A stretch of 64,000 nucleotides of DNA from the IMG/VR virus record IMGVR_UViG_3300038755_000021, positions 1 through 64,000 of that record. One strand, 5' to 3'. This document shows, piece after piece, positions 25,729 through 37,400 of the stretch. This DNA is from an uncultured virus (IMG/VR IMGVR_UViG_3300038755_000021). Taxonomy: Duplodnaviria; Heunggongvirae; Uroviricota; Caudoviricetes. The number at the start of each line of letters is the position of its first letter. Position 1 is the first letter of the stretch. The notes under the pieces were generated by a model that had not been told where the DNA came from, did not search any database, and saw nothing but the letters and a program-made list of their open reading frames with translations. The translations under genes were made by a program, and so were the position numbers.

Positions 25729-26395
25729 TAGAAGAAATTCTTCTTATGCTAAAGCCATATCAATTGTTGATGGAGATGCTTATCTAAATGCTGCAATTGA
25801 TTTAATATATGAGAACTTAGTAATAAAATTTGAAACTACTGATTTAATAAGAAATCATTTAAGAAAACTTCAAGAGTCTGAAACTTTAGAAGTTGAAAAA
25901 ATTGATGAAAATAAATCAAGAGTTGCGTTACCAGAAGAATATTATAAGTTATTAAGAGCTAGAGGTCATGTGTGTAAAGGAACCTGTGAGAAATTCATAG
26001 ACTTACAAATACTACAAACTTCTGATATCAACAAAGCTTTAAAAGATCCTTTTTGGAAACCATCCTTTGAATGGGAAAGACTTTTTGGAAAAGAAATGGG
26101 AGATTATCTTATTCTTTATCACAATTGTGATTTTAATCCAAAAGAATTAGAGATTGAATATTTAAGAAAAATAGAACATATTGCTACACCTTCTTTAACT
26201 CCAAATGGAAGTTATGTAAATTCAGAAGGAGTAATGATTAATAAAGATCAGAATTTTGAAATAGATTCTACTTCTTTATGGTTGAGAGTAGCTAAATTGG
26301 CTGCAGTTATGACTTTAAATGATATGGGAGATATTCAAGAATTTCAATCACAAATGCAAGAGCTTTTAGCTGTTGATAAAATATTTTTAACCTAA
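25682..26395 (+). CDS. Putative tail ring/adaptor protein
   Basis: YLN.A, LPEEY and IEYLRK adaptor-like pattern; position. Confidence 0.55.
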   Translation: MVKAVKLQEEYRRHLNRRNSSYAKAISIVDGDAYLNAAIDLIYENLVIKFETTDLIRNHLRKLQESETLEVEKIDENKSRVALPEEYYKLLRARGHVCKGTCEKFIDLQILQTSDINKALKDPFWKPSFEWERLFGKEMGDYLILYHNCDFNPKELEIEYLRKIEHIATPSLTPNGSYVNSEGVMINKDQNFEIDSTSLWLRVAKLAAVMTLNDMGDIQEFQSQMQELLAVDKIFLT

Positions 26396-26421
26396 GTATT
26401 AATTAATTATAAACTTAAATT

Positions 26422-28068
26422 ATGTCAAGAATTTCTAGAGAAAACATCTTAGCCTCTAGCGGAAATCTACCAGTTTATCCTGCTGGACTACCAGTATTTT
26501 CTACTGATGGATATTCCAATTTGGCACCTGGCCAATTAGCAGTCTGGAATCCAGTGACATTACTTTCTCTTGGTGTAGGTGCAACTCCTGCAACCAATGA
26601 TAGAATTGTAATCTCTGTAGGCGTAGATGAAAAAAATATTAGATCTTGTTTTGGAGATGAGATCTACGGAAATTATATTCAAGCAGTTACATCTGAAGGA
26701 TCACGTTGTGGAGTAACCCCAGTTTGGGATTTACTTTATAATTGTGTTTCATGTAATGATGAATTTACAATTTCTATTACAGTATCTGATGATACTACAC
26801 AAAACACTTATCCATATAACAAACCAGCAACTTATACTTACACAGTAGGTACTGATTGTTGTGCTTGTTCTACTTGTACAAATGGTATTGATTGTCATCA
26901 ATTATCTTGTGCATTGGTTAAGTCAATCAATGAAGAAAGAAGTAATTTCTTAAAAGGTTCTACTTTTTTACCATCACGTAAACGTCAAGAAAGTAAAGGT
27001 TTTACTGCCCATGTATTGTATGGTGGAGCAAATCCTTCAACTGCTTTGAATCCTACAACTAAAGTATTTTGTATTAACCCATTGGCTGATGCTTGTACTG
27101 GAAATTGTATTTCTACAGGTACATTGATTAATCAAATTACCTGGACTGATGCAGTAGCTGGTGCACAAGTTGTACCTTTAACTTTTACTACTAATCCACT
27201 TAATCCTGCAGAAACATTAGTATATCAACTACAATCAGTTGTTAGACAAATCACTACTGCATTAAATGGTAATGGTAGTGCAACTATTACTCATGGTACT
27301 GGATCTTGTTGTCCTTACCGTTTAGAAGTTAATACTTGTTTTAATGATTTTGCAATTACAGGTTTAGTACCTTGTGAAAACTATAATCCTTTTGATCCTG
27401 CAACTAATCCTATTACTTTAGAGCATAACTGTAAAAATTGTGATGTAGCACCAACTGCAACATTCTCTTGTGGTATTAGAATTATAGCAGATGCAATTGA
27501 ATTACCATGTGATAATTGCAGACCAGATTTAAATCCAGTATGGATGAAAAATCGTGAAATTGCAGTATTCCCATCCAAAGGCTTTTCTTGTGGATCTACA
27601 TATGTACGTCAAGTACAACCTTCAATCCTTCCTGAAAATTTAGGTTATGATTGGATTGTAAAAGATTACATGAGTGAAAATGGAGGTAGTGGAAGAGATC
27701 ATGATGCATATGAGCATCGTGGATATGGTGCAGCTGGATATCCTTTAGAAAGAGGAAGAAGTGGTGGAATTGGTAATATCAGATGTTCAGATACTGTCTG
27801 TTCTTATGCTATTGCTCATACATTACCACACACTGATCCTGGAGTAAGAGGGGTACCACATGCAACAAGAGGAACTACTATTGTATTAATTCCTACACAG
27901 GATGCTGTGACTAGGGCAGATTTTGAAGCATTAATTAATGCATACATTACTGCAAATAATCCAATTGTAAAGGCAACTGTTACTTGTGCTTCAGATCAAG
28001 ANNNNNNNNNNCAAGATCAAATTGAAGCCCCAGTACGTTATCCAGATTCTAACGGATACATTCTTTAA
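26422..28068 (+). CDS. Cys-rich structural protein (auxiliary capsid protein-like)
   Basis: Position; beta-rich composition; N-gap near the C-terminus. Confidence 0.55.
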   Translation: MSRISRENILASSGNLPVYPAGLPVFSTDGYSNLAPGQLAVWNPVTLLSLGVGATPATNDRIVISVGVDEKNIRSCFGDEIYGNYIQAVTSEGSRCGVTPVWDLLYNCVSCNDEFTISITVSDDTTQNTYPYNKPATYTYTVGTDCCACSTCTNGIDCHQLSCALVKSINEERSNFLKGSTFLPSRKRQESKGFTAHVLYGGANPSTALNPTTKVFCINPLADACTGNCISTGTLINQITWTDAVAGAQVVPLTFTTNPLNPAETLVYQLQSVVRQITTALNGNGSATITHGTGSCCPYRLEVNTCFNDFAITGLVPCENYNPFDPATNPITLEHNCKNCDVAPTATFSCGIRIIADAIELPCDNCRPDLNPVWMKNREIAVFPSKGFSCGSTYVRQVQPSILPENLGYDWIVKDYMSENGGSGRDHDAYEHRGYGAAGYPLERGRSGGIGNIRCSDTVCSYAIAHTLPHTDPGVRGVPHATRGTTIVLIPTQDAVTRADFEALINAYITANNPIVKATVTCASDQXXXXQDQIEAPVRYPDSNGYIL

Positions 28069-28075
28069 TAAAAAT

Positions 28076-28104
28076 GGGGAGAAGGGGAGGTTCTCCCCTT
28101 TTTT
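28076..28104 (+). terminator. Intrinsic terminator
   Basis: GGGGAGAA/TTCTCCCC stem plus T6. Confidence 0.85.
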
Positions 28105-28122
28105 CTTCTAAATATATAATCA

Positions 28123-28359
28123 ATGAAAGTACATTTTCCAAAAGGATACGCTTACTCTATTGAAAATGGAGAAAGAAAGTCTGTGGATGCCATTGAAGCT
28201 TCTCCTGTAAACTCTTGTTGCAAATTAGATTGTTGCACCAAGGGTTTATATATTGAAGACATTGCTACAGGCACTGTAATGGTTGGTTGGTTTGAAAATG
28301 GTGTCTGGACAACTGGTACAGTTGCTCAATTTGATGCTGCAAGAGCTTTATATGCCTAA
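28123..28359 (+). CDS. Small hypothetical structural protein
   Basis: 78 aa ORF with an A-rich leader. Confidence 0.65.
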   Translation: MKVHFPKGYAYSIENGERKSVDAIEASPVNSCCKLDCCTKGLYIEDIATGTVMVGWFENGVWTTGTVAQFDAARALYA

Positions 28360-28855
28360 GTGTTCTTGTATAAGAAACAACAACTATGATTTTAATCTAA
28401 ATGTTTCCTCTTGTTATTCACTGATATATACAGATTTATCAGAGTGGATGACAGAGGAGCAGTATGTAATACCAGAAAGTTATAATGTTGAAGTAACATC
28501 TCCAGATGGTCAAAAAGCAATATTAACTATCAAACCTGATCAAGCAAATAAAATAAACAGTGAGCATTTATATTCTATTCCGGGTTTGTGTATAACTGAT
28601 GGAGTCTATTGTTTTAAAATAGATAATTGTCAGGATATAATTACAAAATCAAAAGCAATTACCTGCAAATTAGAATGTAGAAAAGACAGTCTTGTAATAA
28701 AAGCTTCTTCGGATGAAGATTGGGAAAATATAAAAGAAATAGAATCACATATTTCTGCAATACATTCTCAAGCAAATATTGGAAATTTTACAGAGGCAAA
28801 CAAAGAATATAAGTTTGCAAAAAAGTTATTAGATAACCTAAATTGTGACTGCTAA
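28352..28855 (+). CDS. Cys-rich structural protein
   Basis: Likely start MPKCSC at 28352; DGVY motif followed by a helical tail. Confidence 0.65.
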   Translation: MPKCSCIRNNNYDFNLNVSSCYSLIYTDLSEWMTEEQYVIPESYNVEVTSPDGQKAILTIKPDQANKINSEHLYSIPGLCITDGVYCFKIDNCQDIITKSKAITCKLECRKDSLVIKASSDEDWENIKEIESHISAIHSQANIGNFTEANKEYKFAKKLLDNLNCDC

Positions 28856-29373
28856 TGCCTTGCTACCAGCAAAATAATCCATGTTCCTGTATATATAGTT
28901 GTACTCCTTGTACAACATGTACCACTTCTACCTGCATGAGACTAGGTAACATTGTAGTAGAAGAATGTAATTCAGTTGGTCCTTGTGGACAAGTTGGAAG
29001 TGTTTCATTTACTTGTTTCCAATACAACTGCACAAATATTCCTACATTTTCAGTATATTCTATATCAGATCCAAGTTTAATTTCAGTAGTATCTATTGAT
29101 GCTGGTGGTTTAGTATTTCAAACATCTAACTCTGCTATTGGTGGAGAAAGAGTTGAAATAGTTTTCCATGCATCTTGTGATGGTTGTACTGGTAAATCAG
29201 ATTATGGTTCTGTTGTAATTTATATTCAAAATATGTGTAAAGGTATAACTTGTCCTGCTGGTCAAGTATGTCAACCTTGTACAGGACTTTGTGCTCCAGG
29301 ATCTTCTGATTTAAATGTTACCAAATCTGCAACATCATATAATTCAAGTGGTGGATTAGTAATCTCTAATTAA
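28855..29373 (+). CDS. Cys-rich Ig-like structural protein
   Basis: TAATG-coupled; Cys clusters at both ends. Confidence 0.7.
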   Translation: MPCYQQNNPCSCIYSCTPCTTCTTSTCMRLGNIVVEECNSVGPCGQVGSVSFTCFQYNCTNIPTFSVYSISDPSLISVVSIDAGGLVFQTSNSAIGGERVEIVFHASCDGCTGKSDYGSVVIYIQNMCKGITCPAGQVCQPCTGLCAPGSSDLNVTKSATSYNSSGGLVISN

Positions 29374-29378
29374 ATAAT

Positions 29379-30260
29379 ATGCCCTCACCAGCTTTCGTAA
29401 CATCAAATGGAAATCAAGTAACCTGGACTATTAAGGTTACTAATCAAGGACCCAATCCTAATAATGGGGTATTTGTGCAGGAGACACTTCCAGCTGGAAT
29501 GTCTTATGTATCTGCAATAGTATCCAAAGGGTCTTATAATTCTGGAACTCAAGTTTGGACAATAGGTAATCTTGCAGTTAATGAAACAGTAACAATGTAT
29601 TTAACTACAGTTGTTACAGATATTAACCTTGCTCCTTTTACAAATACTGCACAAGTATTTGGTTCAACAATTGATCCAGATAATTCAGATAACTTAATTC
29701 AAGAAGTAGTTAATACTACTACTTGTCCTCCTGCAGCAGGTGCTGTAGATGATCCAAATTCCTGTCTTTGTGGGAACATGGCTACAAATGATACTCCTTG
29801 TACACATTGTACAACAGAGTGGATAATTATAGCTGGATCAGAAACTAATGTTGTAATAAATACATATTCTCAACTTACAGGAGAATATTCAGCTTCATTG
29901 ATTGATCCTACTTTAGTTGGATCTTTTCAATATAATATATGGTGTACAAATTGTCCAGGAGGTGGAAACTATCAAGCATCTGGTCCCGCAACTGTAACCA
30001 TTAACCCACTCTTTACTACTTTTCCTACTAATCAGTTAGTAAAAGAGGATTTCTTAAATTTAATAGTAGGAAACACTTCTGTTAATCTTTCAGCCATCCC
30101 TATTCCAGGTACTCAGGTATTTGTTTATAGAAATGGTCTAGAACTTCCACAAATTGAATGGATAATTGCTGGTTCTTTAATCACATTTGTTACTCCATTT
30201 TCAACTACAGTGGGAGGTTTAGGACTAGAAGGTGTAACAGCTCATTATTGGATACCATAA
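29379..30260 (+). CDS. DUF11-domain fibre/decoration protein
   Basis: VTWTIKVTNQGP, V.ETLPAGM.YVS, WTIGNL, NTAQV and DP..SDN motifs. Confidence 0.8.
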   Translation: MPSPAFVTSNGNQVTWTIKVTNQGPNPNNGVFVQETLPAGMSYVSAIVSKGSYNSGTQVWTIGNLAVNETVTMYLTTVVTDINLAPFTNTAQVFGSTIDPDNSDNLIQEVVNTTTCPPAAGAVDDPNSCLCGNMATNDTPCTHCTTEWIIIAGSETNVVINTYSQLTGEYSASLIDPTLVGSFQYNIWCTNCPGGGNYQASGPATVTINPLFTTFPTNQLVKEDFLNLIVGNTSVNLSAIPIPGTQVFVYRNGLELPQIEWIIAGSLITFVTPFSTTVGGLGLEGVTAHYWIP

Positions 30261-30273
30261 AAAACCCATATAA

Positions 30274-32640
30274 ATGCCACGTATAAACATTTCACAACAG
30301 ACAGCACTCTCATTAATTCCAGGTTCAATTGTAATAACAGATGCCTTAAATAGGCAACGTTATCTTGGTCCAGGTGCAAATGGTGATCTTTTAACAGTTG
30401 TTGCTGGTTCTCCAGCTTGGACAACTGTTCCTAGTTCCTTCACTGTAGCAGGTGATGCAGGAACTAACCCATCAATTTTAATTGGTACTGATACTCTCTC
30501 TATTTTGGGAGGTTTAGGTATTGATACTCTTGGAAACTCTGGTGCAGATACTATTACAGTATCTTTAAATGCAGTATTAGATGATTTATCTAATGTCGTT
30601 GCTCCAGCTCCAACAGTTGGTCAAAATTTACAATTTGATGGTACTAACTGGATAAACGCAGATCCATTACAGTTTGGTGAATATCAAACAACTTTTGATG
30701 CTTCATTAGGTGTATTCCCAGGCGGTGGTGGTATTGTAGCTGCTGACTGGTTTAATACAACTACTGCCGGTGTTGTAGATGGGCAGTCTTTTTCTATTGG
30801 TGATCTTTTGATTGCTATAGTTAACTCTCCATCAAATGGTACTTATGCTGCAAACTGGATTAGAGTATCCCCAATAGGATCCTTTTCTCAATTTACAGTT
30901 TCTGCAGATGGTGGTCCAGCACAAACAATTTTAAACTTAGATACTCTCAATATTGCAGGTGGTACTAATATTACTACCACAATGTCTGCTTCTGATATTG
31001 TAACAATTGATTGGACAGGTGCTATTTCTGATTTATCAGATGTAGATACAGCTGGTGCAGCAAATGGTGCAATGTTATATTTTGATGGTACCAACTGGGT
31101 AGATTTTGCAATTGGAGCAGCTAATCAAATATTAACTGTTTCAGGAGGTATTCCTACTTGGCAAAATGCAGCTGCAACTTCTTTTACTGTAGCAGCTTCT
31201 GCAGGTACAAATCCATCTATTCTTATAGGTACAGATACTCTTTCTATATTAGCTGGTGTAGGTATAACAACTACAGGCAATGCTGGTGCAGATAGTGTAA
31301 CTGTTGCTTTAAATGCAGCAATAAATGATTTAACAGATGTAGTTATTACAGCTGCAGCTGCTAATGAAATCTTAGTATATAATGGTGCAAACTGGGTTGA
31401 TACCAATGGTTGTACATGGTTAGGAAATTTTAGTGTAGATTGTTTATCTGATGTTGACACTACTGGTGTTGGTGTTGGAGATTATTTAGCTTGGGATGGT
31501 ACTAACTTTGTTCCTACAACTCCTGGAGGTGGATTTACTTCTTGGACTTTAGCAGGAGATGCTGGTGCAAACCAAACTATTGGTGATGGTAACATTGTTA
31601 CTTTTATTGGTGGTAATGGTATTGCAACTGTAACATCTGCAACTGATAATTTAACTATCAATTATGATGGTTCATTAAATAATAACTCTGATGTAAATAT
31701 TACAGCAGCTGCTTTAAATGAAATCCTAGTATTTGATGGCACAGATTGGGTAGACACAAATGGTTGTACCTGGCTTGGAAACTTCTCTATTGATTGTCTT
31801 GGAGATGTTAACACAGCAGGTTCTGCACTTGGTTCTATGCTTTATTTTAGTGGTGGATCATGGATCAACTTAGGAATTGGTACTGCAGGTCAAGTATTGA
31901 CAGTAGCTGGAGGTATTCCAACTTGGTCAACTACTGCTGTTTCAGCATTTACTGTTGCAGGTAATGCTGGTACAAATCCAAACGTAGTAATTGGTACTGA
32001 TACTTTAAATATTGTTGGTACTGGAAATATTACTACTACTGGTACTTTAGTAACTGATACTATTACAATTGCATGGTCAGCTGTATTAAATGATCTTACT
32101 GATGTTGATACAACTGGTGTTGCAAATACAAATATATTACAATTTAATGCAGGTAACTGGGAAGATGTTTCTGGTTGTACTTGGTTAGGTAATTTTTCAA
32201 TTGATTGTTTGTCTGATGTAGTTTTAACTGCACCAGCTGCTGGTCAAGCTTTAACCTACAATGGTACAAACTGGGTAAATACTACTCCTTTTATTACTGC
32301 AGTTTCAGATACAGATACAGTTGATTTAACAATTACAGGAAGTACTCTTTCTGCAGATGTTGAATTCTCAGCAACAGCTGGAAACGTTGCTCATAATGAT
32401 ACTGGTGTTGCAGTATTACCAGTAACTGAATATTTTACCCCAGGAAATGGTGATACAACTGTTACTTTATCAGGAGTACCTTTAGCTGGAACTCCTGTTC
32501 ATGTTTATATTAATGGAGAAAGAGCACCAATTACAACTGAATGGTCAATTGCAGGAGCAGTTATAACTTTTGTTACTGCTTTTGCACCTTCTCCTGGAGC
32601 TCAATACTCTGGTTCAGTAGCTGTTGACTCTTTTAGATAA
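30274..32640 (+). CDS. Tail-fibre-like repeat protein
   Basis: Repeated L.DL.DV...G..L.FDG.NW and FTV.GD.G....I...DTL.I.GG units. Confidence 0.8.
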   Translation: MPRINISQQTALSLIPGSIVITDALNRQRYLGPGANGDLLTVVAGSPAWTTVPSSFTVAGDAGTNPSILIGTDTLSILGGLGIDTLGNSGADTITVSLNAVLDDLSNVVAPAPTVGQNLQFDGTNWINADPLQFGEYQTTFDASLGVFPGGGGIVAADWFNTTTAGVVDGQSFSIGDLLIAIVNSPSNGTYAANWIRVSPIGSFSQFTVSADGGPAQTILNLDTLNIAGGTNITTTMSASDIVTIDWTGAISDLSDVDTAGAANGAMLYFDGTNWVDFAIGAANQILTVSGGIPTWQNAAATSFTVAASAGTNPSILIGTDTLSILAGVGITTTGNAGADSVTVALNAAINDLTDVVITAAAANEILVYNGANWVDTNGCTWLGNFSVDCLSDVDTTGVGVGDYLAWDGTNFVPTTPGGGFTSWTLAGDAGANQTIGDGNIVTFIGGNGIATVTSATDNLTINYDGSLNNNSDVNITAAALNEILVFDGTDWVDTNGCTWLGNFSIDCLGDVNTAGSALGSMLYFSGGSWINLGIGTAGQVLTVAGGIPTWSTTAVSAFTVAGNAGTNPNVVIGTDTLNIVGTGNITTTGTLVTDTITIAWSAVLNDLTDVDTTGVANTNILQFNAGNWEDVSGCTWLGNFSIDCLSDVVLTAPAAGQALTYNGTNWVNTTPFITAVSDTDTVDLTITGSTLSADVEFSATAGNVAHNDTGVAVLPVTEYFTPGNGDTTVTLSGVPLAGTPVHVYINGERAPITTEWSIAGAVITFVTAFAPSPGAQYSGSVAVDSFR

Positions 32641-32675
32641 TCTTATAAGAATTTATTTTCTTATAAAAATTAATT

Positions 32676-33524
32676 ATGCCACGTACACGAATAAGTAAAC
32701 AATTAGAATTATCTACAGCTGATAATAGTGTTATTATAACTGATGTCAGTAATGAAGCAGGTTATAAAGTTTTAAACACAGGTTATTTCAATATTGGAGG
32801 TGATATAAAAGTATATGGAATGAGTTTTGCAGATGTAGTAGCTGGTAATGCTCCAGCTATTACTGCAACTCCTCCAGCTGCTCCAACTGCTAGTGATGAT
32901 GCAACTTTAATTAGATCATATGATGATTTAGTTAGGGTTTGGTATAGAACTGCTGGTACTTGGGCACATGCTTTTGATATCAAAGATGCTCATACAAGAT
33001 TTGTTTCTAACACTGCTGCAATATATTCTTACACATTACCTCCAGTTGCACCATCTTCAGATCCATTTACAGGAACAAAAGCTACTCATTCTGTAATTCA
33101 GGAAGAGTATGCAAATGTATTTGTTTGGTGGAGATTTACTGGATTGACTTGGGTAATTGCTCAAATACATTCAAAAGAAATTGAAGTGCATTTGGGTACA
33201 ATTGGAGCTGAATTTGCGCCTCCAGTTGGTTTTATAGGTAATAGTCCACAAGGAGATTCTTATATAGTCCCAAAGAGTCATAGTGGAAAGTTTATCAGAG
33301 AAGTTAGAATGGATCAGAGAGTTTTCAATGTTCTAGGTACTAATTATTGGCTTTATAAAAATGGTGCAGTTGTTCCAATACTTGTATTAGGTCCAGGTGT
33401 TGCTCCTCTGGTTGCTGTTGGTTTATCAATTCCATTACTAACAGGAGAACAATATTTAGGATTTAGTTTCGATGCTGTGGCTGGTGTAAGTTTTGGAGCT
33501 AGTTGTACGATAACAATTTATTAA
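32676..33524 (+). CDS. Putative fibre-tip/receptor-binding protein
   Basis: N-terminus similar to that of 30274; beta-rich. Confidence 0.55.
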   Translation: MPRTRISKQLELSTADNSVIITDVSNEAGYKVLNTGYFNIGGDIKVYGMSFADVVAGNAPAITATPPAAPTASDDATLIRSYDDLVRVWYRTAGTWAHAFDIKDAHTRFVSNTAAIYSYTLPPVAPSSDPFTGTKATHSVIQEEYANVFVWWRFTGLTWVIAQIHSKEIEVHLGTIGAEFAPPVGFIGNSPQGDSYIVPKSHSGKFIREVRMDQRVFNVLGTNYWLYKNGAVVPILVLGPGVAPLVAVGLSIPLLTGEQYLGFSFDAVAGVSFGASCTITIY

Positions 33525-33531
33525 TGTGCAA

Positions 33532-34452
33532 ATGCAAAAACACAAAAGTTGTTGCAATTTGGGGAATTGTTCTTCTGATAATACTTGCTGTAAAGTCTTT
33601 ACAAATGCTAGTATAGTATCAATAATAAACAATATAGATAAAGAGATTAATTTATATTCTAAAAGTAGAATTGCAAATTTTCTCTATGGATATAAAAGTA
33701 AGGATAACGTAGAAGAATTCATTGTAAGATTAACTTCTTATAAAAAGGTATTAGAATCTTTTAGGATTTCGCTACTCCATGATCAAATACCTTGTTTGTG
33801 TTCTTGTAAAATAGATAAACTAGTTTCTAAGATTTCTAAATTAATAGGTAAGGACTGCTCCACCGAGTGCAGAAAAGATGTTACCGTTGAAGAAAATCTT
33901 GGATGGATTCTCTACAATCCTTATTGTGTAGCAAGAGGAAAATGGGAAAAAGCAGCATATCAAGTTTGTGGAGAGCTACACATGGATGTAGAAATAACAA
34001 GACAAGAAGATATATGTGATATAACTTTTGAGTTAATTTCAAATAACATTTCTTGTAATATAATATCAGCAATTTCCGTTTATGCTAAAGTTTGTGATTT
34101 AACTGCAAACGTAGATATAAAAACAGATAGCTGTAATTTAACTTTTGACTTTCAAAAAACAGAAGAAGTTTGTAAGATTAATTATAAAAAATTAGTAACT
34201 GATACTTCTTGTGATCTTTCTTATAAAAAATATTTATCATTATTAGACTGTAAATTGAACCACTCAATAATTGCAGATGTATATGGAAACAAATTGAGGT
34301 TAGACATCATTGATGATAAACCACATTTAATAACATCACAAAGATCTTATAATCTTTGTGATTTGAAGTTTACAGAAGTCTCATCTAATGCTTGTGAACT
34401 TTTGAATTTTAAACCTGAAGTAAAAGAATATTTAAATTCCTATAACTTATGA
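33532..34452 (+). CDS. Cys-rich hypothetical protein
   Basis: Repeated C[DN][IL] units; start uncertain. Confidence 0.7.
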   Translation: MQKHKSCCNLGNCSSDNTCCKVFTNASIVSIINNIDKEINLYSKSRIANFLYGYKSKDNVEEFIVRLTSYKKVLESFRISLLHDQIPCLCSCKIDKLVSKISKLIGKDCSTECRKDVTVEENLGWILYNPYCVARGKWEKAAYQVCGELHMDVEITRQEDICDITFELISNNISCNIISAISVYAKVCDLTANVDIKTDSCNLTFDFQKTEEVCKINYKKLVTDTSCDLSYKKYLSLLDCKLNHSIIADVYGNKLRLDIIDDKPHLITSQRSYNLCDLKFTEVSSNACELLNFKPEVKEYLNSYNL

Positions 34453-37400
34453 AGCAGTACACCTACTGTATAAAAAATATAAAGAACGGGGATCTTCCTT
34501 GTTCTAATCCAAAAGTAGTTTGGATAACTGGCTCTGGTCAGGCAATTCCTTGTCCAGATAGAGGTACTGGTTGTATAACTATTAAAGTTCCAGATGATAT
34601 TTCAGCTTGTGTAAAAGGTGAAATTATTTGTGAAGATTGTGGATCATGTCCATCAAAACCATTTGAGATATGTCCATGTTCTACTTCACAAGATTGTGAT
34701 TCATGTCAGACTTGTGTAAATGGTATTTGTACAGATTTATGTGATGGTAATTGTATCAATGGTCAATGTATTGACTGTGTAACATCAGATGATTGTGCTG
34801 CAAATAAAATTTGTATTAATGGTAAATGTCAATGTCCTGTTGGTTTACCATATGTAAATAGTCATGGTGATTGTGTAAACTGTTTAACAGATAATAATTG
34901 TTCTGCATGTGAAGTTTGTATTGGAGGTGCTTGTGTACCAAAAGTATGTCCATCAGGAGTATGTGATCCAGTTACAGGATTTTGTGTAGAGTGTCAAGGA
35001 TCAGGTGATTGTTATGGTAGAACAGATGGTAAAAATTGTTGCAATGGTGTAGCTTGTGATTGTTGTCCAGGTTTTAGATGGAATCCACAAATACAAAATT
35101 GTGAACCAGAACCAAAATGCGTAAGAGATACAGATTGTCCAATATGTGAAGTATGTGCTGGTGGAGAATGTCAACCAAGAATTTGTCCAGATGGTTTCAT
35201 CTGTGTAAATGATGATTGTGTTCCTACTTGTGATTGTAATGAACCAACATGTTCAAGATCTGCAGCTTGTATAAGATATAATTCAACAACTTGTATTTGT
35301 CAAGATTGTTCAGGATCATGTGCAGATGATATTCCATGTAAAGATGGTTGTATTTGCGTAAATAATAATTGTGTACCAAATGTTTGTAATGCACCTTGTG
35401 CAACAGGAGCAGATTGTGGACCAGGATGTGGTTGTTTAAATAACCAATGTGTACCATGTGAACATTTATCCTGTTCTGAAAATAATTGCTTTTTAGCAGA
35501 TGGATGTAGATGTTATGGTTCACAATGTAAATCAGATCCTTGTAAAGGTCCATGTGAAAATGGTGCTGATTGTGGTCCTGGTTGTGGTTGCTTAAATGGT
35601 AACTGTGTATCTTGTGATATTCTTACTTGTGATGAATGTCCTGGAGCATTAGGTTGTCTTTGTAATAACAATGTTTGTTTAAAAGATTCTCCATGTTCTG
35701 GAGATTGTGTATCATCATATGACTGTGGTCCAGGATGTACATGTTATAATGGAAAATGTGTAAATTGTTCCAACTTCTCTTGTGAAGATTGTACATTAGA
35801 TGATTGTGAATGTAAATCAGGAACATGTCAGGGAACTGATAAAGAGTGTACTGATATTTTCACATTAACTAAACTTGATGCAGCTTGTGATTTAAAAGCA
35901 ACTCTTATTCAAGATAGATGTTGTACTTGTGAAGAATTAGAATTAAAATTAACTATAGTTGAAAAAACACCAGTAGCAATGACTATTAATGGTGTTTCAG
36001 TAGACGCAAATAGATATAGATATCAGATTAGAATGTTCAGAGATGGTGCTGAACTTGGAAATACTATCATTAATGATTTTTTCCAAGGAGGTTCTATCAG
36101 ATTAAAGAGTGAAGTAGCTTATACTAAAACTAATTCTGATAATACTATTACTCAAGGAACTGATACTCAGTTTGTAGATTACAGTTTTGTAAATCAATCC
36201 TCTAATCTATATAACTATATTAACATTCCTAATATTAAGACTTATCCTAAAATGAAAATTCAAAGTATTAAAATTACTTTGGATCAACTTTCAAACTTAG
36301 GACATAACAATGGTTGTATTTATACACTAGAGGGAGATCCTGCAACTGTAAGAAGTTACACAACTACTCCTTCAGTAAATGATACTAACTCTTTTGTTAT
36401 GGAAACTGGTGGATGTAGAAATCCAGTTTTCAGATGGTATAGAGCTTCTGGTTCCAATTTTGTTGGAGCAGATACTGAATTCAGATATATCTATGCTACT
36501 AAAACAGGAGATAATACCTGGGAAGATACAATTAAAGATTGTTCTGATGGTTTATGTTCAAATAGATGGTATAAGGTAACAACAGATTGTGGTTGTAAAA
36601 CTTCTAGTAATGAAGTTAAAGCTGTATTCTGTCCTGACCCTATGACATTTGAATATCAAGTATTAAATTGTGGTAAGACATTAATTGTTACTAACATTTT
36701 TGATCCTTGTGATATCAATAGTCTTTTAACTTGTACTGATCCTGGAATTAAATGTTTTGGTAATTTAGGTTCTTATCAAGTTGAATTTAAACTTACTGTA
36801 TATGATGATTTAGGAAATACTGTTGTAGATAATTTAATCTTCTCAGCTCCTGGAGAAATCATTGGTAGATCTTATACTACTACTGGTGCAATTACAAGAG
36901 TAACTCTTGAACATAACCATGATGCAGTTTGTAAAATTGATGAAGAAGTCACTTCAAGTGCACTTAATCCATCTATTACTCATAGTTGTACTACTAATTT
37001 GTTAACAGTAAATACTGGAATTCCTGGCTGTAATGTTACATTAAATAACTCAGCACATATTCCAATATTAGTTTCTGTAACAGATTTAACTGGAGTTGCA
37101 ACATTTACAGGAGTAATCACTGGAACATATATTATTGATACTAATTGTGCAGGATGTACTGCATCTAAAACTGTAACTTATAATTGTTGTAATGGAGCAG
37201 AAGGCACTATGACAGTAACATATACACCAGGAACATTGTCAATGCAAGTTAACAATGCAGTAACTGGGCAACAATATGATTATGTATTAACAAAACCAGA
37301 TGCTACTACTCAGATATTATCAATGAATCAAAGTGCTAACTATAATTATGCTATCACTTTAACAAATGGTAATTACTCTGTAACTGCAACAGATAACAAT

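Noticed and set aside
27992..28020. Apparent duplication or insertion at the end of 26422..28068
   Set aside because: CAAGA flanks both sides of a 10-N scaffold gap, consistent with a contig-overlap artefact.
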